From Candidatus Poribacteria bacterium (lineage in GTDB: Bacteria; Poribacteria; WGA-4E; JAJDTR01): a DNA stretch of 64,000 nucleotides. The stretch spans positions 160,001 through 224,000 of the forward strand of contig CBDCTK010000002.1 of assembly GCA_965222225.1 (NCBI GenBank). The letters are read 5' to 3'. Below, one piece after another: positions 20,785-29,774 of the stretch (position 1 is its first letter; every line of letters begins with the position of its first letter). The translations under genes were made by a program, and so were the position numbers. The notes under the pieces were generated by a model. That model had not been told where the DNA came from and did not search any database. It saw nothing but the letters and a program-made list of their open reading frames with translations.

Positions 20785-21402
20785 TGATGTCAATGAACTC
20801 GGTGCCGACACCTAAACACAAGCTATAGAATTGAACTTTGAGAACCGGATCGTTTTATGTGATGACGTTACGTGCCAATGTGAAGACGAAAGATCTGGCA
20901 AAGTTCTTCGAAAAGAGAGGGGAGTTGTCCAAGTTGTCTTGAATTGGAAATCTTGGCGGGCTACGAGGATCGGGCAGGATTTTTCGTGACGGAATAATTG
21001 GGAACCCCCCGAGGTGCCCTCGGAGCAATCCTCTGCCTTGTGGGCACCGAAAGGGTTGATATCCGGGAGGCGTGTACTGAACTTGCCTAGATTGAAGCCA
21101 ATTGGACGTGGCAATTGATCTGAAGAGTAATACCATTTCTCTAGAATGCAAGTGCATCAATTACCTGCATCAAGTTAAGAAACTTCTGTCGTAAGAAACC
21201 TTGTGTCCACGTAAAGTAGGCGAACGATATAATTGAGACATTATATGCACCATTATTCAAGCGAAATGGAATAAGAACCCCGGGAAAACTATAACCGACA
21301 AATGAGTCGTGAACTGTCATGGATTCAAGTGAAACGTTAGTTTTGGAGTGAACCACTTGAAAACCGATTCAGCAGGTGGTGGAATGCCTCTCAACAGATT
21401 CA

Positions 21403-21529
21403 TTCACAGCGAAAGAAACGTTAGAACGACTTCATTCCGGCTTGCCTGTATCGGGCTAAAAAGCCGGCTGAAGAACTCCTCGGACGGTAGTTGACGAGGG
21501 AGTTATCCTATGAAAGGAGGTAAAGCCTT
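21403..21529 (+). promoter_or_regulatory. Conserved structured 5' leader of peptide gene 1
   Basis: 81-nt block 21403-21483 differs by one base from 24648-24728; contains hairpins CCGGCTT..AAGCCGG and ACTCC..GGAGT, then AAGGAGG RBS. Confidence 0.6.
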
Positions 21530-21829
21530 ATGAGAAGCCATTTGAAGCGCATAGCCCGACAGAAAGTGTCGGACTTCCTTCTCCGTGAAGAGGGGATGGT
21601 GGGGAATAGGAGTGCCTTTGCAACAGCGGCGTTGGTTAGTACCACTGCTCTGGCAATGGCTCTACTTGTTAGTCCGGACACCGAGGCCCATCTTTGCAAA
21701 GAGAATTGCGGCCCTCACGGAACCTGTGTCTACTGCGGGCCCAGCGAAAAATGTTGCGTCAGGGGCCAGTGGCCATTTGAAGATTTTTTTTTTGCAGAGA
21801 TCTCGACGAGAATTGTTAGTCAAATTTAG
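21530..21829 (+). CDS. Cys-rich secreted peptide / RiPP-like precursor P1 (probable native stop 21819 after correcting a T10 run)
   Basis: Strong RBS; leader 42/50 identical to P2; core HLCKENCGPHGTCVYCGPSEKCC. Confidence 0.85.
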   Translation: MRSHLKRIARQKVSDFLLREEGMVGNRSAFATAALVSTTALAMALLVSPDTEAHLCKENCGPHGTCVYCGPSEKCCVRGQWPFEDFFFAEISTRIVSQI

Positions 21830-22185
21830 CACATAGGTCATCCCGAATTATTCAAAATCCTGTTGTTTATTCATGTCACGTTTTTACCCTTGTCAGCCAT
21901 CAATTGGCAATCTGGCAATTAAGCGCTCAAACCATAGGCACGTGAGTTTGCCCCGCTGACCGGTTTGTTCCTTATTTGCCGATTTGCAGGTGCGATGAGA
22001 GGGGGTTGGCATTTGTTAATGTGCACGGAGATTGATAATTTGGGATGACTTATGCTTTAGATTCTCATCATTGCGACATATAAGGAAAAGCCTCGTAAGT
22101 CCGATGCCTGTTGGTTGCTTATTTTTTGTGAGAATCAAATCGGGGAATTAACTCCTCCGGTTTGTGCCGCAATCGGTTGGTTTTT

Positions 22186-22213
22186 TTGTCAATCCAAAAT
22201 TGCGCGGTATAAT
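22186..22213 (+). promoter_or_regulatory. Putative sigma70 promoter of propeller A2
   Basis: TTGTCA-N16-TATAAT. Confidence 0.5.
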
Positions 22214-22304
22214 CATCAATTTTGATGATTTTCTCAATCCATTCGCGCGCTTTTTGATAATATTGAGCCCGAAACTAACATAAAACTTAAGAGGAGGTAG
22301 AAAA

Positions 22305-23303
22305 ATGCGATTCAAGCTGATACCCGGATGGCTGCTGTTTGCAGGGCTGTGCGTCTGTCTGACGAGTGGGGAGATGTGGTTGAAAAACGCACGCGCCGAA
22401 CACCACAAACCACAGATTGTATTCTCTTCTACCAGAGATGGGAAATCGGAGATTTATGTGATGGACAGCGACGGGAAAAACCATAGAAGATTAACAGCAA
22501 ATCAAGAATACAACTTCCGTCCGGCATGGTCTCCTGACGGGACGAAGATTGCATTCGTTTCCAACCGAAACGGAGGGTTCATTCAAATCTACGTCATGGA
22601 CGCCGATGGAAAGAATCCGATTAGACTCACAAACACCGTCAAAGACGATTATCCGTCGTGGTCTCCCGACGGGACAAAGATCGCGTTCTCCTCAAGTCCA
22701 GATGGGGAGATGATAGTTCATATCGCCGTGATGGATGCTGATGGAAGGAATCGTGTAAAGCTTGAAGGCCACGCGACACAGCCGTCATGGTCTCCGGATG
22801 GGCAACGGTTGCATTTGTATCTTTCCGAGATGGGAGGAGAGAAATTTACGTGATGGGGATAGGCGCTGACAAACGGGGCCGTAAAAGGAAAAGGTTGACG
22901 CACGATTTACGGGCTAAAGGCAGACCATCGTGGTCGCCCGACGGGGGACGGATTGTATACTGGGGCGCGGACGAAGGAAAATTTGGATTCTTTCAAATCT
23001 ATGTGATTGGGGCGGATGGTAGAAATCGCAAGAGGCTTACGCACAATCGAGAGAATAATTGGCTACCCGCATGGTCTGCTGATGGACGAACGATAGCCTA
23101 TGTGTCGGCCGGTGATGGTCGCCTCATTGGAACGATTCACTTGATGACCGCTGATGGAAAATACCTCAAGCAACTTAGCGATGTCCACAATGGTGGGGAT
23201 TATGAGCCCCACCATTGGCCCCGTAGGACTGGCTGTGTCCCCCGCTTCCAAAACTACCACAATTTGGGGCAGGTTGAAGAAACTCGCGCCCAACCTCCGT
23301 TAA
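22305..23303 (+). pseudogene. Secreted TolB-like PD40 beta-propeller A2 with two single-base frameshifts
   Basis: A missing A near 22805 (restores GQTVAFVS) and an extra C at 23207-23210 (restores YEPTIGPVGLAVSPASKTTTIWGRLKKLAPNLR*). Paralog of A1. Could be sequencing errors. Confidence 0.8.
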
Positions 23304-23586
23304 TTTGTGTCTACCTTGCTGGGCTCTGACGACTGGCCAAGGATAATTGATTAAACTATGAGAGCCAGATCGTTTTACGTCATGACGTTGCGCGCCTATG
23401 CGAAAGACAAAGACTTGGCAGGGATCGTGGAAAAGAGTGAGGAGTCGCCCAAGTTGTCTTGAAGTGGGGACCACGGTGATCGGGCGGGAATTTTCTCTGT
23501 CTGATGAGTATTCGGTTTACAAGTCATTGCGCAAGAATTATAGAATACTCTAAAAGTGTAGAACCCGATAAAGGGGAATATGACCG

Positions 23587-24423
23587 ATGGATAAAATCAG
23601 CCCATTTTTGAGAAGATGCCTATTGCTACTACCATTGGCGTTAATGGTTGCTTCGGACAGCACAGCACAGAGATTCGAACAGAGAATCGTCTTTGCATCA
23701 AACCGCGATGGCGATTGGGACATTTACTCCATGGACGTAAACGGAGACAATCTTGTCCAACTCACCGACCACCCGGCATCCGATAAATATCCCGCTTGCT
23801 CGCCGGATGGGAGAAGGATTGCGTTCACCTCAGAACGTGGCGTTACACATGACCTGTATGTGATGGACAGCGATGGCAACAACGTGATCAGACTTACCCA
23901 TGACAATTTTTTTGAAAGCCGCCCTAGTTGGTCGCCGGATGGCACGAAGATTGCCTTTTCATCTGCCCGTCGGGCCGTCCGCAACTCGGAAATCTACGCG
24001 ATGGACGCCAATGGAGAAAATGAGATAAATTTGACAGAACACAAGATGCACGATATTGTACCGAGTTGGTCGCCAGATGGCAAGAAGATTGTTTTCGACT
24101 CGCGGCGCCTCTTCGAGGGTGCCCACATTTACGTCATTACCGCTGAAGGGGAAAATTTAGAGAGGCTTACGGAAGAGGGTAACCACGGCACGTCACCAGT
24201 CTATGTTCTGGATGGGAGAAAAATCGCCTATGTGTCACGCCGTGGCGGTGATTATAATATTTATTTGATGGACACCAACGGGAGGAACGTGGTCAAACTC
24301 ACGAGAACTCCTCCCGGTATTGATAACATACTTCCCTCTTGGCTGCCCGGTGCATTTGCAGTCAACCCAAACGGAAAGTTGCCGATATCTTGGGGAGTTC
24401 TCAAATGGACCGGCAACCCGTGA
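23587..24423 (+). CDS. Secreted TolB-like PD40 beta-propeller B2
   Basis: Signal peptide identical to B1 apart from residue 2; PD40 repeats; tail AVNPNGKLPISWGVLK. Confidence 0.88.
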   Translation: MDKISPFLRRCLLLLPLALMVASDSTAQRFEQRIVFASNRDGDWDIYSMDVNGDNLVQLTDHPASDKYPACSPDGRRIAFTSERGVTHDLYVMDSDGNNVIRLTHDNFFESRPSWSPDGTKIAFSSARRAVRNSEIYAMDANGENEINLTEHKMHDIVPSWSPDGKKIVFDSRRLFEGAHIYVITAEGENLERLTEEGNHGTSPVYVLDGRKIAYVSRRGGDYNIYLMDTNGRNVVKLTRTPPGIDNILPSWLPGAFAVNPNGKLPISWGVLKWTGNP

Positions 24424-24647
24424 TGATGTCAATGAACTCGGCGCCGACACCCAAACACGAGTCATAGAATTGAACTCTGAGAAGCGGATCGTTTTATGTG
24501 GTGATGTTGCGCACCGATGCGAAGAAAAAAGGCTTGACAAAGTTCTTTGGAGGATGAAAGTTTTGAAGGGTTCAGTGAAACGTTGATTTTGGAGTATATG
24601 ACTTGGAGGCAGATTCAGCAGGTGGGGAATGTCTTGCAACGGATTCG

Positions 24648-24777
24648 TTCACAGCGAAAGAAACGTTAGAACGACTTTATTCCGGCTTGCCTGTATCGGG
24701 CTAAAAAGCCGGCTGAAGAACTCCTCGGTTGGTAGCTGACCAAGGGGAGTAATCCTTATGTAAGGAGGTAAAGCCTA
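24648..24777 (+). promoter_or_regulatory. Conserved structured 5' leader of peptide gene 2
   Basis: Near-identical to 21403-21529; TCCTT-atgt-AAGGA hairpin overlaps the RBS. Confidence 0.6.
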
Positions 24778-25050
24778 ATGAGAAGCCATTTGAGGTCAAT
24801 GGCAAAGCGGAAAGTGTCGGACTTTCTTCTCCGTGAAGAGGGAATGGTCGGCAACCGCAGCGCCTTTGCCACGGCGGCATTGGTTAGTACGACCGCTCTG
24901 TCAATGACGTTGCTTGTTGCTCCAGACGCCAAAACCGCCTGGTGCCCTGGCGTGAATTGCCCCAATAACTCGTGGTGTTGTTGGGATGGCGGGGGACACT
25001 ATTTCTGCCGGGCGCTGGGGGGGGTAGCTGGCTATAGGTGCTGGCAGTAG
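24778..25050 (+). CDS. Cys-rich secreted peptide / RiPP-like precursor P2 with C-C-CC-C-C core
   Basis: AAGGAGG RBS; conserved leader; core WCPGVNCPNNSWCCWDGGGHYFCRALGGVAGYRCWQ; tandem stops TAG TAA. Confidence 0.88.
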   Translation: MRSHLRSMAKRKVSDFLLREEGMVGNRSAFATAALVSTTALSMTLLVAPDAKTAWCPGVNCPNNSWCCWDGGGHYFCRALGGVAGYRCWQ

Positions 25051-25064
25051 TAACCTTGAACGCA

Positions 25065-25100
25065 GCAGGCAAATCAGGGGATTTCCCCTGATTTGCCTGC
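25065..25100. terminator. Perfect 16-bp hairpin after P2 (terminator or stabiliser; no classical U-tract)
   Basis: GCAGGCAAATCAGGGG-attt-CCCCTGATTTGCCTGC. Confidence 0.65.
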
Positions 25101-25131
25101 CTTAAAAAGATAGAGGCATTATTAGCGAAAA

Positions 25132-26142
25132 ATGAAATTCGAATCCATTAAGACGACTCTTCCCATCCTAAAGAACAGTTTGTATTTTTTGGTGACTGGT
25201 TTGGTGTTCGCGTCGTTAAACTCGGTACGGGCCGTTGGGGACACGATTGCTTTCAGTTCAAAGGGGAATATCTACACCATGAACACTGATGGGACAAATC
25301 TCATCAAACTTACTCAGGGCAGTAACCCCTCTTGGTCGCCAGATGGGACAAAGATCGTGTTTTACTTCGGTCTCGGCAGATTTCTCGGTGACGTCGCCGA
25401 CATTTTTGTCATTGACGCCAACGGCGCGAACCGCGTGAATCTCACCCAAGGACGCCACAAAGGTAACTATATGCCTGCTTGGTCGCCCGACGGTACAAAG
25501 ATAGCTTTTGTTTCCGACCGTGATGACAATAAAGAAATCTATGTGATGAACGCCGACGGGAAGAATCTCAAAAACCTTACCCTGCACCTAGATTACGATA
25601 CTTGCCCGACTTGGGCACCGGATGGGACAAAGATTGCCTTTTGGTCAAGGCAAGTCGCCGGGGAAATACAAATGCTTTCGGATATATTTGTCATGGATGC
25701 CGATGGCACCAATCGGACCAATATTACCCAAAATCCCCGCGCATCCAATAGGACGCCTAGTTGGTCGCTGGACGGAAACAAAATTGCTTTTGCAGCATTG
25801 TCAAATGTCGATCGTGTTGAGCCCTGGAACGCTAACTCGGACATCTTTGTAATGAATGCCGACGGAACAAATCCCATCAGGCTCACTGAAGATGCACGTA
25901 TCAATTGGTTCCCTAGTTGGTCACCGGATGGCAAAAGGATTGCCTTTGAGCGAGCAACACACGAAGACGATCCCACTACCACCGACATCTATTTGATAAA
26001 CGCAGATGGAACCGGTCTTGTAAACCTCACCCAAACCCCTGGTGTGGGCGAGTGGGACCCTTCTTGGAAACCTACTCCGTTTTCGGTATCATCACGCGGC
26101 AAATTGCCAACCCGGTGGGCGGAGGTCAAAGAAAGCCGCTAG
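25132..26142 (+). CDS. Secreted TolB-like PD40 beta-propeller C
   Basis: Signal peptide; about six WSPDG-type repeats; tail SVSSRGKLPTRWAEVKE. Confidence 0.88.
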   Translation: MKFESIKTTLPILKNSLYFLVTGLVFASLNSVRAVGDTIAFSSKGNIYTMNTDGTNLIKLTQGSNPSWSPDGTKIVFYFGLGRFLGDVADIFVIDANGANRVNLTQGRHKGNYMPAWSPDGTKIAFVSDRDDNKEIYVMNADGKNLKNLTLHLDYDTCPTWAPDGTKIAFWSRQVAGEIQMLSDIFVMDADGTNRTNITQNPRASNRTPSWSLDGNKIAFAALSNVDRVEPWNANSDIFVMNADGTNPIRLTEDARINWFPSWSPDGKRIAFERATHEDDPTTTDIYLINADGTGLVNLTQTPGVGEWDPSWKPTPFSVSSRGKLPTRWAEVKESR

Positions 26143-26296
26143 ATCAAGTTAGCGCGAAGAAAATTGCAACTGCACGCGAATCAACCGAGGCAAAAGTCAA
26201 TACTCTTCAACTACTTAGACGATCGCAAAACAAAGAGAACCGCAACTTGGCGGGCAGATCTGCACTGGAAGTTGCATGTTAGAGGTATTTACCAAA

Positions 26297-27220
26297 TTAC
26301 TCTCTAGTAATCTCCATTGTTTCCTGGAGGTTTTTGATTCCCGTGGTCGTTCCGATTTCCGTTACGCATGCCGCACCAGTTGCCGAGGCGAGTTTGATCG
26401 TGTGTTTCAAGTCCCACCCCATCACGATTCCCGCGAGGAATCCTGCAACGTATGCATCCCCAGCCCCTGTAGCATCAACAACGTTGACCTGATAGGATGG
26501 AGCGTAGATTTCCTCCGTGACGGTACGGACGTAGCTTCCGCGTTTTCCCATTTTCAATCCGACGATTTGAATCCCATAATCCATCAGGAATTTCGCAATC
26601 TCGGGCGGTGAATCAAGACCGGTGAGCTGTTTCGCTTCTTCGATGCTAGGCAAAAATACATCGACGTGCGGCAAGCAAGGCTCCAACGTTTTCAACCAGT
26701 TCCCCGTTGCGTCCCAGACGGTGTCCAGAGATGTCATCACGCCCGCGTCTTTGGCATGGCGTAGGATGCGTGCCGTCGGTTCACCATCCAATTTCGGCAT
26801 TACAAAGGAGCCGGCAACATGCAAGATTTTGCACGACCGAATCAAATCCAAATTGATATCATTCTCCGATAAGACACCGTTCGTTCCCATATAATGTAGG
26901 AAACTCCGTTCACCGTCGGACGCGACAGCGACAAATGTAACCGGCGTGTTGGTTTCGGCATCGCGCATCATTGCGCGCGTATCGACCCGATTGTTATCCA
27001 AAATCTGTAGCACAAAGTCGCCGAATTTATCTGTACCAATCCTGCCCATTGCTCCCACATTGATACCTAGCTTGGCAAGCGTAATCGCCGTATTATTCGC
27101 GCAGCCGCCCGAGTGCATTTCGAGTTCATCGAACACTATCAATCTGCCCTTTTCCGGAAATCGATCGATAGGGTAGCCAATCACATCAACCACGAAAATA
27201 CCGAGAGATATAACATCCAT
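26297..27220 (-). CDS. PfkB family carbohydrate kinase
   Basis: GGCANNTA and DATGAGDAY motifs. Confidence 0.92.
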   Translation of the reverse strand: MDVISLGIFVVDVIGYPIDRFPEKGRLIVFDELEMHSGGCANNTAITLAKLGINVGAMGRIGTDKFGDFVLQILDNNRVDTRAMMRDAETNTPVTFVAVASDGERSFLHYMGTNGVLSENDINLDLIRSCKILHVAGSFVMPKLDGEPTARILRHAKDAGVMTSLDTVWDATGNWLKTLEPCLPHVDVFLPSIEEAKQLTGLDSPPEIAKFLMDYGIQIVGLKMGKRGSYVRTVTEEIYAPSYQVNVVDATGAGDAYVAGFLAGIVMGWDLKHTIKLASATGAACVTEIGTTTGIKNLQETMEITRE

Positions 27221-27482
27221 CCATTCACCTCATATCATAAGTATGCCGCGAAACAGTGGGTGCTTTGTGCTACGCGATGCGTTTTGTTTCCGTATTTGGT
27301 TTAGTCGTTGGTTGCTATTCTACTGATTCGATCATGCCAAGAAAGGGTGTTATCTAGAATTTCAATCCTATTGTGGCGTAGAATTGTCTCTGAGCGGGTG
27401 TATATGGTTCCCCTGTTACCACGCGACAAGAATGAATCGGGCGCGCAACATAACAAGTGAGACCAACGGAGGTGATTACGGC

Positions 27483-29519
27483 TTACTGATCTGATGAAGC
27501 TTCATCTCTGCCGAGATACATGATTACTAATGTCTCATCAACCGCTTTTACCGGCTGGTCGAGTTTCATTGACAAAAACGAGTGGTTCATCCAACCAACC
27601 AGTTTCGGAATTTCATCTTCGGTGAGATATTGCAGGATACCCTCCGCTGCGAGTATTTGAGCAAAGTGTTTTCGTTTGCCAGCTAATTCTTGAAGGGAGG
27701 GTAGACGTTTGGCGGACGTAAAGTCGCCTTTTAGTTCAACGGATGTGTTCGGAGCTATCGCCCCAAAATGTATATACTCTCCATTGTTGACCACTCCTCC
27801 ACTTTCAAGTACGCCGGGTAAATGATGTTTCACCCGAGTCAAATTCTTGCCGTGTTTGCTCGCCAATGTCCATTCTGACTTGCTTGACGGAGCCGGAAAG
27901 TCGAAGAATGACTCAATATGATATGTTCGTGTTTGCCAAGCACTCAGGTTTGTCTCACAAATCTGTCCGGATTTCGATTCAACAAGATGCAGTGGCGACG
28001 TAGATGTTTGCGTTAGGGGTGTGATATATGTTCCGCTGTCCAACCGGAATGATGACTTTGAGTCGGTTGATGCTATCGCTCCGAGATAAGTTTGCAAGTG
28101 AGCGCGAGAACCTTCCGAATAGACCGAAAGTATTGAGTAACTACTAATGGAGACAGGAATTGAGAGGAGATGTCTAGGGAGTACCGCAGCACAGGAGAAA
28201 AACACTGTGATTAGAAAGATACCAATCCAATAGTGTTTTGTACGCTTTGTATTTTTCCCCACCCACCACGTGTATCCGCCGACACTGAGTAGACAGGCTA
28301 GCAGGAACAGGGACAACATTCGGAGTAACGGTGCGCGCCCCGATGGCAGAGATTTTAACACCGTATGGATTTTTTCCGTGTCTCTGCGATACGGTTCATA
28401 GCGATCGCCAAGATGTCTTGGCGATTTACCGATTGTTTTGAGAAACTGTGTCCAAAGCTGTTCGCTCTCCAAGGATTGGGAGACAGGAAGAACGTCATAA
28501 TCGAAAGCTAAGCAAACAATCTGTCCACTGCCAAATGACCTCCGTGATGCAAGTATCGGATAACTTCCGTGGTCGGGGGCTGAATCACCTCCAATCTTGA
28601 GAACCTCGGCGTTATCTCTCAGATTGAAATCAATAAGGTGAATCGGGAAATCTGAGTGCCCTCCCATCGGGGCGAGTGATTCAGGCAGATGGATTGCCGT
28701 TTTCAATTCACCAAGGTGAACAGGGAGCAAAGGGGCAAGGAAGCTGTCGCGTAGGTACTGCAGATTACTCCCGCCTGAGATGAGTAGAGTACCTCCATTG
28801 CGAACCCAATCTAGCAACGAAATCTGCTGTGTTGTCGAAATACGGTTCTCTGTTAACGATACACCGCGAATCACGACAAGATCGATAGAATCGTAGCCTA
28901 TCCAATCGAGTGGTAAATGCTTTTGAGACGCAGGATGAACAACAAAAGTGCGCGTTTCTGCACTGGTATCAATCTGGAGCCCATGCCAATCCTCCAATAC
29001 ATCATGACCCGGCGGCACCAGTGCAAGAATAAACAGGTCTTTTATTTCTTTCGGTAAGTCCGGAATAATCTCACGTTCAACTCTGACCCGACCCTCATGA
29101 TGAACAATTCGTACCATCATCTTGGTCGAAGTTCCGGGTTGAAAAACGTGAAGGGTATGGCGTCGCCGATCGGTTCGCGTTAAGGTGACCGGTGTCGAGT
29201 AGGTTTGGATGATGGCTCCCGAGAACAGGTTGGTGACCTCGACTTCGAGCTCGCCAACAAAAGAGTCATGTTCATTCTCGCTCACCACCAAGAGTTGCAA
29301 GGGTGCCCATCTACCACGCTTATAGTAACCATCGAACCCAAATTCGATAGATTCAATCGCAATTATACCGAAGGCAGAAGGGATTATTGAGAGGAATAGG
29401 CAAGATATGACGATGAATTTGCATGGTTTTGTGGCTCGAACTGTAATCCTCCATTTGTATCTACTGTCTGTCCACTCAGCCATGTCCACATTCTCATTTC
29501 GTCGATTCCTACTCGTCAA
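27483..29519 (-). CDS. Hypothetical membrane protein with class-I-GATase-like domain
   Basis: GFDGYYKRGRWAP; LDWVRNGGTLLISGG; two internal TM helices. Confidence 0.6.
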   Translation of the reverse strand: MTSRNRRNENVDMAEWTDSRYKWRITVRATKPCKFIVISCLFLSIIPSAFGIIAIESIEFGFDGYYKRGRWAPLQLLVVSENEHDSFVGELEVEVTNLFSGAIIQTYSTPVTLTRTDRRRHTLHVFQPGTSTKMMVRIVHHEGRVRVEREIIPDLPKEIKDLFILALVPPGHDVLEDWHGLQIDTSAETRTFVVHPASQKHLPLDWIGYDSIDLVVIRGVSLTENRISTTQQISLLDWVRNGGTLLISGGSNLQYLRDSFLAPLLPVHLGELKTAIHLPESLAPMGGHSDFPIHLIDFNLRDNAEVLKIGGDSAPDHGSYPILASRRSFGSGQIVCLAFDYDVLPVSQSLESEQLWTQFLKTIGKSPRHLGDRYEPYRRDTEKIHTVLKSLPSGRAPLLRMLSLFLLACLLSVGGYTWWVGKNTKRTKHYWIGIFLITVFFSCAAVLPRHLLSIPVSISSYSILSVYSEGSRAHLQTYLGAIASTDSKSSFRLDSGTYITPLTQTSTSPLHLVESKSGQICETNLSAWQTRTYHIESFFDFPAPSSKSEWTLASKHGKNLTRVKHHLPGVLESGGVVNNGEYIHFGAIAPNTSVELKGDFTSAKRLPSLQELAGKRKHFAQILAAEGILQYLTEDEIPKLVGWMNHSFLSMKLDQPVKAVDETLVIMYLGRDEASSDQ

Positions 29520-29684
29520 TCAGAGAGCCTGCAATTCTGGTACATAGACACTTCACTGGCAGTAGTTTACTTCGACTACAGATTGATGATAGCCTCGGCG
29601 TTGTACAGATTCCTTCTGAGGATTTAGGCACATCCTGAAGTCGCCTGATTCTTCAGGATTGGTAATCGCCAAATCGCTGATGAA

Positions 29685-29774
29685 GAGATTTCTATCGGGA
29701 TTAGCCATCACAGGGGATTTACTATCGCACTCCTTGTTGTTAAGTCGCTGAATCGCTATCCACTCACTTAATCC
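29685..29774 (+). repeat. Dispersed intergenic repeat, copy 3
   Basis: GGGATTTACTATCGC (exact 15-mer also at 57740-57754) followed by CGCTATCCACTCACTTAATC. Confidence 0.55.

Noticed and set aside
21003-21088. Cobalamin or glycine riboswitch
   Set aside because: Only short similarities (GGTGCCC, GGCACCGAA); the B12 box and the glycine aptamer core (GGAGA...CTCTCAGG) are missing.
21530-25050. Flp/Tad pilins
   Set aside because: FLLREEG resembles the Flp leader, but Glu+5/Tyr+6 are absent, the C-terminus is Cys-rich, and no tad or prepilin peptidase genes are nearby.
18662-26142. True tolB of a Tol-Pal system
   Set aside because: No TolB N-terminal domain and no tolQRA or pal neighbours; these are stand-alone PD40 paralogs.
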